Positions 23,843-33,515 of a stretch of 64,000 nt of DNA are shown here, piece after piece; the stretch's first letter is position 1, and every line of letters begins with the position of its first letter. The notes under the pieces are model-generated. The model had not been told where the DNA came from. It did not search any database and saw only the letters and a program-made list of their open reading frames with translations. The stretch comes from a virus (Duplodnaviria > Caudoviricetes), in IMG/VR virus record IMGVR_UViG_3300032257_000006, positions 14,953 through 78,952 of that record; one strand, 5' to 3'. The position numbers were made by a program, and so were the translations under genes.

Positions 23843-25303
23843 ATGATTAGTTTTACTAATAAGCAAGTAGTACTGCCAAGAACCTTAGCTGGTAAGACAA
23901 AATCTCGTCCGGCTTATGCCTCTGTTGGTAAAGGCGACACGGTAATAAACCCGAACGATACATATCGTCAAGTATCTATTCAGGAACTACGTAACCGCAA
24001 TCAGTTAATCCCAGCCCTTAGACAGCTTAGCCAGGAAGATGGGAATTTTTCTTCAGCTATATTCAATATGGTTCAGGTAGCGAACTCAGGCTACAAGATA
24101 AAAGCTTATACCACCGGCACAAATGAATACAGCCAAGACGGCGTTGACGCAGCTACATCAGTCATGGCCACCATCGATACACTCTACGACTACACCAAAA
24201 AATACCGAGACAAACAAACAGTAAATGCGGTTATCGAGACGTTGCTCCGAGAAACTGCACTTACGTCAGGTTGTGGCTTAGAGCTTATTTTGGACCAAGC
24301 ACGTCTACCTGACAAACTTCAGCCAGTTAACTACGGTACGATCGAGTGGGTATCTGATGGCTTTGGTGGACGTTATCCTCAGCAGAAAAACCCCGAAGGC
24401 GGCGATCCAATCGACTTGAACATCTCTACGTTCTGGGTCGGAGAACTGCACAAAGAAGCTGACAGCGCTTACGCGGTACCGATGATGAAAGCTGCGATGA
24501 ACATGATCTATTACTATGACGAGTTCATTGAAGAGATGCGCCGTACGGTACGTAAGTCTGGCCATGGCAGATTGGTAGTGTCGTTAAACGCTGAGAAGGT
24601 TAGAGACTCTGCAGCAGCAGATGTAAAAAGTGATCCAGCAAAACTAAGCGCGTACATGAACGCGGTCAAGGCTGACGTCGAGTCATCTCTATCTAATTTA
24701 GAGCCCGAAGATTCTGTAGTTTCTTATGATTCTGCTGAGTTTGATACGCACAACCCTGTAGGCTCCAAGTCAGACTACGCACCGATGATGAAGACATTGG
24801 CAGGTATGACTGCTACCAGTATGAAGACACATCCATCAGTTATCGGCATGCGTATGGAAGGAAGCCAAAGCCTTTCAAATACAGAATCACTGGTCTACCT
24901 TAAGGTAGCAAAATCCATCCAAGGACCGCCACAAGATGTGCTGAGCAGGGCGCTAACTTTGGCTGTACGCTTGCTTGGGCAGGATGTTTACGTTAAATTT
25001 GAATTTAATGATATAAACTTACGCCCTGAGGACGAGTTGGAAGCATTCAAGACAATGAAACAGACCAATGTTCTCAACCTACTGTCACTAGGCATGATTA
25101 CAGACGCACAAGCCTACAGTGACCTAGGACTGCCTTTCAACAGAGACGCTCCAGAGTTGAGCGGTACAGGATTCTACGACTCAGGGGCTAGCGGCGGAGC
25201 CGGTAACGAAGACGATGCACCTACACCAAACGATGATCCTATGGGTCGATCTTTACAACCTGATAACAAAGCACCCAGAAAAGGCGGCGGAAAAAGTCAA
25301 TGA
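23843..25303 (+). CDS. portal protein
   Basis: 486 aa, directly upstream of protease and capsid; acidic C-terminal tail. Confidence 0.85.
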   Translation: MISFTNKQVVLPRTLAGKTKSRPAYASVGKGDTVINPNDTYRQVSIQELRNRNQLIPALRQLSQEDGNFSSAIFNMVQVANSGYKIKAYTTGTNEYSQDGVDAATSVMATIDTLYDYTKKYRDKQTVNAVIETLLRETALTSGCGLELILDQARLPDKLQPVNYGTIEWVSDGFGGRYPQQKNPEGGDPIDLNISTFWVGELHKEADSAYAVPMMKAAMNMIYYYDEFIEEMRRTVRKSGHGRLVVSLNAEKVRDSAAADVKSDPAKLSAYMNAVKADVESSLSNLEPEDSVVSYDSAEFDTHNPVGSKSDYAPMMKTLAGMTATSMKTHPSVIGMRMEGSQSLSNTESLVYLKVAKSIQGPPQDVLSRALTLAVRLLGQDVYVKFEFNDINLRPEDELEAFKTMKQTNVLNLLSLGMITDAQAYSDLGLPFNRDAPELSGTGFYDSGASGGAGNEDDAPTPNDDPMGRSLQPDNKAPRKGGGKSQ

Positions 25304-26979
25304 GCATATTCACTAATAAATTTTGGTTAGGTGACCTTAACAGCTTTGAAACTATCTTAAAGATGGAAGAGGCTGTTCAGGCAAGAGTCGCTAAGTCACT
25401 AGAGACAGGTGAGAAGTTTGACCTGTATGCTGGCTACGAATCAGAAGATGACGAAGAGCGTGAGTACCAAGTTTCAAACGGTATCGCTATCATCCCTGTA
25501 GTAGGCGATCTGGTAACCAAAGAAACGTGGATCACTCGTATGTTTGGCATGCCGTCATATGACGGCATTAAGCGCATGCTGAATGACGCTGCAGCCGACG
25601 AATCTGTAACTAGAATTGTTATGGACTTCAATACGCCAGGCGGTTCATCTGAAGGCATCGATGAAGTAGGTTTACTTATCGGTGACATAGACGACAACAT
25701 TAAGCCGGTACATGGCTATACATCTGGATCTGCGAACTCTGCAGGTTACTGGCTGATCTCATCATGTCGTGATGTTACGTGTACGAAGATGGCAAGACTA
25801 GGTTCTATTGGTGTGGTAACTATCCACCAAGAAATATCTAAAATGCTTAAGGAACGTGGTATCGAAGTTACAGTGTTCCGTGACGGCGAACACAAAGCTA
25901 AACCAAATATGTATGAGAAGCTAGATGAAGATACGCGCAACCGCGTAGAAGCTAGCCTCAAAATTTTAGGCAACTTCTTCTTAGATCACGTAGCAGCTCA
26001 GCGTGGATTTAGTCGTGAAACAGTTCGCGCAGATGTTGGCGAAGGTCGTGTATTCTTCGGTGAAGAAGCCGTAGAGATCGGCCTTGCAGACCGCATCATG
26101 TTCTTTGATGATTTTCTTAAGAAACTTTCTCTGCTAGACTCTATTGACGTTGATCAGAACAACATGTCCAGAATGGTCAGTTTTACTTCAGGAGACGCAC
26201 CTAGTGTACAGCTTAATGTCTCAGGAGCAATTACATCACATATGATGGACAGTGTAGTTATACCGGCCATAGAGGCTAGTTTGAACGGCACGGATGTAAT
26301 TGCATCCGGTCACGATTTACCAACCGAGGATATTGATATGTCAGCAGCTAATGCTAAAGATAAGCCCAGCAATACTGCTGGCAAAAAGATCCAAACTGCC
26401 AACGGCGAGCTAACGCTCGAGCAAGCGCAAGCTTCAGTAGAGTTAGGCACGTTGGAATTGACCGATGAATTGAAACTGGCTATGGCAGCAGTTCAAGAAC
26501 CTGAAAGTGCAGTCGACGAAGATGCGGCTGACATCGGTACAGATACGGAATTAAATACAGAAGAAGACAGTGCTGATCTTTCTTCTGAGACACCAGCAGA
26601 CACCAAAGGAGGTGATCCGGTAGTTCTTCACATTCAAGGTCAATTGAATGATCAAATCTCAGCTAACGCAACACAAGCGATTGAGTTAGAGACGGTTAAG
26701 GCCAAGTTGTCCAGCCAGGACGACACCGTAAAAGCCCTATCTGCAATCGCCATGAACTCTTGTCAAAAGATGAACATCGCCATGGGTGGAGCACAGATTG
26801 ATCTGTCATCTATGGATACGGCAACACTGCTTGCTCATCACAACACATTGTCAGAGCAGTTCACTAAAGCATTCAATGTTGGCGGCGTAGCCGCTGTTGA
26901 AACGACTAAAGAACATGCAGAGGATCGACCTGAACAAATGGTTGCACCTTTGAACACCGTATCATTTACTACTAAATAA
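25300..26979 (+). CDS. S49 (SppA/ClpP-like) head maturation protease fused to a scaffold domain
   Basis: DFNTPGG, SAGYWLIS and GSIGVV motifs; acidic linker then helical C-terminus, as in lambda C/Nu3. Confidence 0.9.
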   Translation: MSIFTNKFWLGDLNSFETILKMEEAVQARVAKSLETGEKFDLYAGYESEDDEEREYQVSNGIAIIPVVGDLVTKETWITRMFGMPSYDGIKRMLNDAAADESVTRIVMDFNTPGGSSEGIDEVGLLIGDIDDNIKPVHGYTSGSANSAGYWLISSCRDVTCTKMARLGSIGVVTIHQEISKMLKERGIEVTVFRDGEHKAKPNMYEKLDEDTRNRVEASLKILGNFFLDHVAAQRGFSRETVRADVGEGRVFFGEEAVEIGLADRIMFFDDFLKKLSLLDSIDVDQNNMSRMVSFTSGDAPSVQLNVSGAITSHMMDSVVIPAIEASLNGTDVIASGHDLPTEDIDMSAANAKDKPSNTAGKKIQTANGELTLEQAQASVELGTLELTDELKLAMAAVQEPESAVDEDAADIGTDTELNTEEDSADLSSETPADTKGGDPVVLHIQGQLNDQISANATQAIELETVKAKLSSQDDTVKALSAIAMNSCQKMNIAMGGAQIDLSSMDTATLLAHHNTLSEQFTKAFNVGGVAAVETTKEHAEDRPEQMVAPLNTVSFTTK

Positions 26980-26994
26980 TCGAGGGCATATAAA

Positions 26995-27438
26995 ATGCAA
27001 TTCAAATTCGGAGAATTAACTCAGGAAAGTCCTGATATCGTATCTGCAGCTCTAGGCGTTTCTGCAGGCACTAAATTAACAGCTAACGATCTTGGCAAAG
27101 CGGTTAAGCTTGCTGGTGATGACAACTACGTGTTGTGTGCTAACGGTGACGACATCGCTGGTACTGTAGCTTCAATCAACCCAGATACTGTAAACGATGG
27201 TTTTGCTTTCGGTTCGGTTAATAAAGATGGTCGTCGTATCGCAACTGTTGATGCAGCTGAGGTAGATGCATTAGTTGTTGGCGAGACAGTAGTTGCTGGT
27301 ACTCAGACAGCTATCGACACAGCTGGTGGCCTTGTTGCTACAGCAGGCGCTGGTGCACTTATTAAGTGGCAAGTAATCAGCATCCTTACAGGTACTGGCG
27401 TAGCCGGTGATACTGTTTTAATCGAACGTGTTAAGTAA
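26995..27438 (+). CDS. head decoration protein
   Basis: 147-aa Gly/Ala/Val-rich protein between protease and capsid. Confidence 0.7.
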   Translation: MQFKFGELTQESPDIVSAALGVSAGTKLTANDLGKAVKLAGDDNYVLCANGDDIAGTVASINPDTVNDGFAFGSVNKDGRRIATVDAAEVDALVVGETVVAGTQTAIDTAGGLVATAGAGALIKWQVISILTGTGVAGDTVLIERVK

Positions 27439-27474
27439 TAGCGTTTAAAATCTAATACCTCTTAGGGGAAAACA

Positions 27475-28668
27475 ATGAACGAAAACGAAGGTAAATTTTC
27501 TTTTGTAGGCAAAGATGGTAAGCGCACAGAAGCTACGCTTAGCACTCACGACTACAAAGCAGCAGCCGACAAAGGCATCTCATTATCACAGCACCTACAA
27601 CAGACTCATGGTATGAACACTGATGTAGAGAAGAACGGTACTGTTCTTCAGCAGATGATGGCCTCTTCTGGCATGTTCTTAAACTCTGACAACATGACTG
27701 GCCTTAAGCCGCCAAGCATGAAGGACGTACTTGAAGGTTCTGTAGACTTCAATATGGGTGCTATCACTCGTCCTGAAGACAACCAAGGTGCAGGCGCTCG
27801 CTTGTTATTCCCTGAAGTTGTTATGCAGGTTATTGAGTCTGAGCTACGTACAGACTACGGTGACTTCCTAGGTACTTGGAACAACATGATTGCACAGACG
27901 CAGACTATCTCGGGTCCTAAGTTTGAGCAGCCAATTGTTAACATCAAGGCACCTGAAGGTTCACGTAATCAACCTGTTGCACAGCTAGCTGAGCCAGGCG
28001 TAATGGTTGGTATCACAACCTCTGATGTTTCTCGTCGTATTTCTACTAAAGCTATCGGCTTAACGATTTCTGATGAAGCACTTCAGGCAACTACGCTTGA
28101 CCTAGTTAATTTGATTGTTGGTGCTCAAGCTCGTCAAGAGCGTGTATCAGTAGTTGAAGGTGACATCTCTGCAATGATCGACGGTGATGTAGATCGTAAC
28201 GAAACTGCATTAGGTTCAGTACTAGGTTCATCTTTTGATGCCGCTGCTACTGGCGGTGTAATGACTCACAAAGCGTGGATCAAGTACTTACGTGCTAACT
28301 ACCGCAAGATGACTATCGATTATATCCTAGCGGACATCGATACAGCTCTAGCGATTGAAGGTCGTACTGGTAAGCCAACTCGTGACGTTGTTGATGACAG
28401 CGGTAGTGAATTCAGCATGGCATTCAGTATCGAGAACCTAGGCATCAAAGCACCTAAGATCTTGCTAGTTGATACAGCTATCATCGGTGCAAACACTGTT
28501 GTTGGTATCGATAGCCGCGCAGCAGTTCGCCGTGTAATCAATGCATCTGCATCTTACTCAGCAATTGAGCAGTTCGTTCTACGTAAAGCACAGTCAATGC
28601 GCTTTGACTATGGCGAAATGTCTCACAAGCTTTATGGTGATGCATGGTCTAAGATGACATTCGCTTAA
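27475..28668 (+). CDS. major capsid protein
   Basis: 397 aa, position, followed by an intrinsic terminator. Confidence 0.88.
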   Translation: MNENEGKFSFVGKDGKRTEATLSTHDYKAAADKGISLSQHLQQTHGMNTDVEKNGTVLQQMMASSGMFLNSDNMTGLKPPSMKDVLEGSVDFNMGAITRPEDNQGAGARLLFPEVVMQVIESELRTDYGDFLGTWNNMIAQTQTISGPKFEQPIVNIKAPEGSRNQPVAQLAEPGVMVGITTSDVSRRISTKAIGLTISDEALQATTLDLVNLIVGAQARQERVSVVEGDISAMIDGDVDRNETALGSVLGSSFDAAATGGVMTHKAWIKYLRANYRKMTIDYILADIDTALAIEGRTGKPTRDVVDDSGSEFSMAFSIENLGIKAPKILLVDTAIIGANTVVGIDSRAAVRRVINASASYSAIEQFVLRKAQSMRFDYGEMSHKLYGDAWSKMTFA

Positions 28669-28687
28669 TCGCAAATGTTTGATTGAT

Positions 28688-28716
28688 AAAGCCGGAGGCT
28701 GTCTCCGGCTTTATTT
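28688..28716 (+). terminator. intrinsic terminator after the capsid gene
   Basis: AAAGCCGGAG-GCTGT-CTCCGGCTTT-ATTT. Confidence 0.75.
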
Positions 28717-28735
28717 AAGTTACTGGAGAACTGAA

Positions 28736-29062
28736 ATGGGAAGTCCCAAGAATTCAAAAACAGCTAATACTAATAAAGTCGTAGCTGGGAAAGCAACAGC
28801 AGAAGGCACCGAAGGTAAGACCAAAACTGCTGTATCAGAAGAAGTAAAAGCGGAAACTAAAAAGATATTAGATGGTTACGCACAGGCTATCGAAGACTCG
28901 CAAATAGAAGGCGTTGTTACGCTCTTGAACATATGCGGTTACCCTAAGAACGACACTGAAAGCTCTATCACATTCAAGCCAAATGTACCGGTCAAAGGCG
29001 TCGAAATGAATGCATGGATGCGCGCACAAGTTAAAGCACGTATCTTAGCTGTAGTGAAGTAA
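28736..29062 (+). CDS. hypothetical head-associated protein
   Basis: Start refined to MGSPK at 28736 behind GGAG. Confidence 0.7.
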   Translation: MGSPKNSKTANTNKVVAGKATAEGTEGKTKTAVSEEVKAETKKILDGYAQAIEDSQIEGVVTLLNICGYPKNDTESSITFKPNVPVKGVEMNAWMRAQVKARILAVVK

Positions 29063-29063
29063 C

Positions 29064-29549
29064 ATGTCAGAAACTATACTAGGCACTGTGACCAGTACTG
29101 ATCAAGTCAGATCTCTTTTAGGTATAACTGAAAGAGATCTTGGTGATGATAAATTTGACCCTGTTCAGGTTGAGTTAGAGTTGTCTGTATATTTAGCAGA
29201 GAAAAGCATAGACTATGTTGCTATCACTGCTGCCGGAGAGGCTGGATCGCCTTCCGCCACTGAGACGACTCAGTACAATTATTTAAAGTTACTCTGCATG
29301 TACTATGCAGCAGTGCTTTTAGTCCCAAGACTCCGTTTAGCCGCTGTCCAGAAGGTTGGGGACGGCGACAATACAATGGAGCGCTTCTTAAATCCTAAAT
29401 TTGAAACAACTGAAGAGACTTACAAATCTAAAGTTGCCACATACCTGACAGCGCTTACCGACGAAGTCAGCGATACGACTACACAAACAGACGTACCTTC
29501 GTTATTTTCTGGTGTGGCACCGGCTTATGATCCCGTGACCGGAGGCTAG
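29064..29549 (+). CDS. head-tail adaptor
   Basis: Position and size in the head-completion block. Confidence 0.6.
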   Translation: MSETILGTVTSTDQVRSLLGITERDLGDDKFDPVQVELELSVYLAEKSIDYVAITAAGEAGSPSATETTQYNYLKLLCMYYAAVLLVPRLRLAAVQKVGDGDNTMERFLNPKFETTEETYKSKVATYLTALTDEVSDTTTQTDVPSLFSGVAPAYDPVTGG

Positions 29550-29552
29550 TCA

Positions 29553-30452
29553 GTGGAATTACGCCAAGCAGCTCACTACTTCGAGAAAGAAAAATTTTCC
29601 GTTTACGTACGCGAGAACGATGACTGGGATTTAGAAGAGATCGAAGGCCGGTTTTTACCTGTAGACAGATTCTTATCTAACTTCAGCAGACCATTGCACA
29701 GACGTATGTTTGTATGTGATGTTGATACTGTTATCCCACCATCAGGTACGGTACGTTCTGAAGCCACTGGCGAGGTCTATGTGATTGGCCAAGGTCGCTT
29801 TGATGCATACAATAACAACCCTTACCAAGCAATGTACATGGCACATCTGGTTACCGGTGCTGCCGGCGGACTAGCTACCGTTACTCGGAGAGAAACTGAA
29901 GGCCCTGCCACAGATCCTGGCTATTTGGTAGAGACCGTACTCGGTAAGTACTACGTAGATCTAGAATTTAAATCGTCTACCAATGATACCGGCACCGTAC
30001 AACAAACTATCGGCCAATACTTTTTGATGTGCCCGCCAGAGTGTCCGCTAGATAAGTGGGACAGCATTCACCTGAACGGCAGAGATTACGTAGTAGAGAC
30101 TTCATACTTCGACTCTGGTATGCGCTTTGCTAAGGTAGAAAATACAAACGATAACCGCGTAGATCTTCAATACCTGAAGACTACCGGCTTTTCGTATGAC
30201 AGCGATCTTGGAGAGTCGGTTGACACTACTCAGTCGTACAATGTCTCCGGAACAGTTCACGACTATACCAAAACCTCTGTTGATTCTGACCGCGGATCAG
30301 AGAATGTATTCAAGGTCGTTATCGCAGCTAATCATATTGGATTTAACCCGACACCTAGAGAGTCTGTAATAGTGGACGGCGTGACACATATCATACTCAA
30401 GGTTACTCGAGACCCGCTAACTAAAGAATGGACATTGGTATGCCAGACATAA
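29553..30452 (+). CDS. head closure / connector protein
   Basis: Position; beta-rich; GTG start with GGAGG RBS. Confidence 0.55.
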   Translation: MELRQAAHYFEKEKFSVYVRENDDWDLEEIEGRFLPVDRFLSNFSRPLHRRMFVCDVDTVIPPSGTVRSEATGEVYVIGQGRFDAYNNNPYQAMYMAHLVTGAAGGLATVTRRETEGPATDPGYLVETVLGKYYVDLEFKSSTNDTGTVQQTIGQYFLMCPPECPLDKWDSIHLNGRDYVVETSYFDSGMRFAKVENTNDNRVDLQYLKTTGFSYDSDLGESVDTTQSYNVSGTVHDYTKTSVDSDRGSENVFKVVIAANHIGFNPTPRESVIVDGVTHIILKVTRDPLTKEWTLVCQT

Positions 30453-30991
30453 AATCTATAGCAGGCAGAGCTGGTGTCGACAGATCTAACCGGAACACGA
30501 ACAGCGAACTAGAAAGAATGAAGCGCAAATTGCTAGGCCTACCTGACATAGCACTAAAGGCTGTAATTCGCGGCGTCTACCCGACCATTGTTAGGGAGAC
30601 TGTCCAAGACTCTGGTAAAGCAGCCTATAACTGGTGGATAGGAGAAGGCAAAGCTTCGATGAACCGGTTTTATGTAGGAGACAGTGTTGGGCCGATAGGG
30701 TTTGCAGGAGAGAAGAGATCTAAAGGCGGGCCACGTCACAAACCTGTTAACGTAAGCACAGTAAGTCCAGAGGTAATTGTAGGCCTTAAGATTTCTTACA
30801 TGGAAAAAGTGCTAGAGACCACTAGTTTTGACAGACTGGGCGGGGCCACTATATACAACAAGACACCTGTCAAAAATGCGGATACCTTTAAAGGTACTTA
30901 CGAGGGCAATGCGCAGATACGGTTGGCAGTAGCTAAAGCTATGGTAAATGCTCAAGGCGCTATGGATATGGCTATGCGGGAGTTCAACTAG
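30428..30991 (+). CDS. tail completion / neck protein
   Basis: Position; TVQDSGKAAYNW resembles the HK97 gp10-like DTG..R.NW motif. Confidence 0.55.
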   Translation: MDIGMPDIKSIAGRAGVDRSNRNTNSELERMKRKLLGLPDIALKAVIRGVYPTIVRETVQDSGKAAYNWWIGEGKASMNRFYVGDSVGPIGFAGEKRSKGGPRHKPVNVSTVSPEVIVGLKISYMEKVLETTSFDRLGGATIYNKTPVKNADTFKGTYEGNAQIRLAVAKAMVNAQGAMDMAMREFN

Positions 30992-31411
30992 ATGGCTAGC
31001 AGAGGCGAAGTAGCAGACGCTATAGAGAAATACTTAGAAGCTAACTGGTCTGCAACCAAAATAAGCTTCGAGAATATTGACGAGAAAAATCCGGACGACC
31101 CTACAAAACTACTGTCAGAAGGAAAGGACCCGTACATATTTTCAGCCACACAGTTTGGTGACTCTAATGCCGCTGAGATAGGCCGCACGTTCAGAAGAAC
31201 GCACGGCGTATTGTATATGGAAGTTAGAATACCAGATGGCAAGGGCACCAGGTTGGGACATAATTATATATCCCAACTGCAATCGCTTATAGAGTACCAA
31301 GACATAGGCGATGCAAGAATGCGAGGCTCATCCTCAAGTGATGGCTTTTCTAGTGGGGGTTGGTATATACTCCCTCTATCTTTTAAATTCAGATATGACC
31401 GACAGGAGTAA
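30992..31411 (+). CDS. tail terminator protein
   Basis: 139 aa immediately before the tail tube; RRTHGVLYMEVRIPDGKG. Confidence 0.65.
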   Translation: MASRGEVADAIEKYLEANWSATKISFENIDEKNPDDPTKLLSEGKDPYIFSATQFGDSNAAEIGRTFRRTHGVLYMEVRIPDGKGTRLGHNYISQLQSLIEYQDIGDARMRGSSSSDGFSSGGWYILPLSFKFRYDRQE

Positions 31412-31414
31412 GCT

Positions 31415-32599
31415 ATGCCTATAGCAGACAGTTCAAGAACTTCACTTGCGTACACTTTAGAGCCTCCTACAGGTCTTGACGGTAGCGAAGTATTCAAATT
31501 ACTACGTACCACAGGTAACACGCTCAATGGTACGATCAACTCTGCACCGACAGACGAAATTCGTTCTGATCGTCAGATCTCAGGATCATCACATACTTCT
31601 GGTTCTGCCGGCGGTGATGTAAACACACAATTAAGCTACGGTGAATATGATGACTTCTTAGAAGCATTACTAGAATCATCAGGCTGGACAAACTTCACAG
31701 CAACAGCTACAGATTTTGTACTTGCTACAAAAACTATCACGCTTAGCACAACTGCTGGTCTGATCCCAGAGCAAGCAATCCGTATCGACTCTTCAACATC
31801 TAACAACGGTATCTTTACTATCGCAACTGTAGTTGATGGTACAAACATCACTGTAGTAGAAGCACTTGTTGACGAAGCTACGGCAACTGCTAATGTGGTA
31901 TCTCAGATGATCTCTAACGAGACAACTGCTCGTATCTTTGCATTGGAGACAGCTTTCCAAGACGTTGGCGAATTCGTTCTTTATGAAGGACAGCGCGTAG
32001 GCTCTCTTAAATTTGCGTTAGGTAACTCGCAAATTAGTGGCGGCTTCAGCTTCATGGGCACAGGCCATACAGCTTCTGGTGCATCTGTTAGTTCTGGCGG
32101 TATCGGTGCCTATACACCTTCATTGTCTAACGACGTACTTAACGGCGCTTCAGGCATCTCTAATGTTGCCATGGAAAAAGTTAATGTTGACGGGTCTCAT
32201 GATGCGGCAGAGACAGCGATCTTCGAATCACTAGACGTGACTATCGATAACGCACTACGTGAACAGCCAGGTCTAGGTAGCTTGTACCCAGTAGGCATTG
32301 GCCGTGGTCGTTTCTCTGCTGACTTATCTGCCAACTTGTACTTCGAAAGTCGTGCAGTTTATGAAAAATTTGTAGCCAACGATGTAATGACAGTTCGCTT
32401 TATCTTAAGTGACAATGCACTAGACGCCGCTGCAGGTAATTCTTACCTGTTTAGTTTTCCTGGCTGCCGTATTCAATCGTATTCAGCTAACCCAGAGTCT
32501 GCTGATTCTGATGTTATGGCTAAAGTAGCATTCAAGGGTGTTATTGACCCGTACTTGACGCAGAAGACCTGTATCATTACACGGTTCCCAACACCTTAG
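31415..32599 (+). CDS. major tail tube protein
   Basis: 394 aa, EIRSDRQ motif, Ser/Thr/Gly-rich, followed by chaperone and tape measure. Confidence 0.85.
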   Translation: MPIADSSRTSLAYTLEPPTGLDGSEVFKLLRTTGNTLNGTINSAPTDEIRSDRQISGSSHTSGSAGGDVNTQLSYGEYDDFLEALLESSGWTNFTATATDFVLATKTITLSTTAGLIPEQAIRIDSSTSNNGIFTIATVVDGTNITVVEALVDEATATANVVSQMISNETTARIFALETAFQDVGEFVLYEGQRVGSLKFALGNSQISGGFSFMGTGHTASGASVSSGGIGAYTPSLSNDVLNGASGISNVAMEKVNVDGSHDAAETAIFESLDVTIDNALREQPGLGSLYPVGIGRGRFSADLSANLYFESRAVYEKFVANDVMTVRFILSDNALDAAAGNSYLFSFPGCRIQSYSANPESADSDVMAKVAFKGVIDPYLTQKTCIITRFPTP

Positions 32600-32750
32600 A
32601 CCGAGTAAGAGAGCTGGATCGGGGGCACCTTAAATCCTCTCCAGTGCGGGAAATTCCAGCTCTCTTCTTATTAACCGTAAGCACTGTACTACTGGGGTAG
32701 AAAGTTCAAGAGTTCTTTTTACTTCGTGTTATTCAACATGGAGAAAACCA

Positions 32751-33176
32751 ATGTCCGAAAATAAAAGTTTTGACCTATCGTCATTAGCACCTGTCCAAAG
32801 CATGGCTGAAGAAGGTGTGTGGATCGAGTTCTTTGGCGACTCACGCCTTAAGATCGCGCAGGCACAAAACCCTAAGCACCAAGCATTCTTGAGCAACCAG
32901 TATAAGATCCACCGCCGTAAGATTGATCTCGAGAACAAAGCAGCTGACGATTTGTCAGAAGAGATTACCTTGCAAGGCATGGCTAAGTTCTTACTGATGG
33001 ATTGGGAGAACATCACTATCGATGGTGTCCAGAATACGCCTTATTCTCCAGAGATCGGCGTCAAGGCAATGATCGCAGTTCCCGTCTTACGCAAGGAAGT
33101 GGAAGAGCAGTCTCGTCGTCTTCAAAATTTTCAGGAAGCTGAGAATGTTGAGGACGCCGACAATGTAAAGACGTAA
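32751..33176 (+). CDS. tail assembly chaperone (G-like)
   Basis: Between tube and TMP; LMDWENIT...PYSPE motif. Confidence 0.8.
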   Translation: MSENKSFDLSSLAPVQSMAEEGVWIEFFGDSRLKIAQAQNPKHQAFLSNQYKIHRRKIDLENKAADDLSEEITLQGMAKFLLMDWENITIDGVQNTPYSPEIGVKAMIAVPVLRKEVEEQSRRLQNFQEAENVEDADNVKT

Positions 33177-33229
33177 TCGCCTGGCAGTTAAGATGGGGAA
33201 GCCCAGAGCGACAGTCCACTCTATCTAGA

Positions 33230-33505
33230 ATGAGTGAGAAAACGGGGCGACTACCGGAAGCCTTGCTAAGGAAGCCAGAACTAAAGCGTTGGAATGTTAA
33301 GTATATCTCAGCATTCCAAGCTTTATCCCCTTCTCGTAGTCATTCAGAATCCCCGCACCCTTTGAAATTTTCTGATATTATTACCTACGGAAAGCTTACA
33401 GGTATTTTAAACGATGCCGATCTGCTATTCTTCTACCAAATGGTTAGACTGTGCGATGAACAGTATTTGATATACCATCAAGAGAATAGCAAAACTGAAG
33501 GTTAG
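33230..33505 (+). CDS. tail assembly chaperone extension (T part of a G-T frameshift product)
   Basis: Lies in the -1 frame, which is open from ~33151 across the chaperone stop. Confidence 0.7.
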   Translation: MSEKTGRLPEALLRKPELKRWNVKYISAFQALSPSRSHSESPHPLKFSDIITYGKLTGILNDADLLFFYQMVRLCDEQYLIYHQENSKTEG

Positions 33506-33515
33506 GGGTTATTAC

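Noticed and set aside
32750-32760. ATGTCCGAA half-site at the tail chaperone start
   Set aside because: Half-site only, and explained by the codons Met-Ser-Glu.
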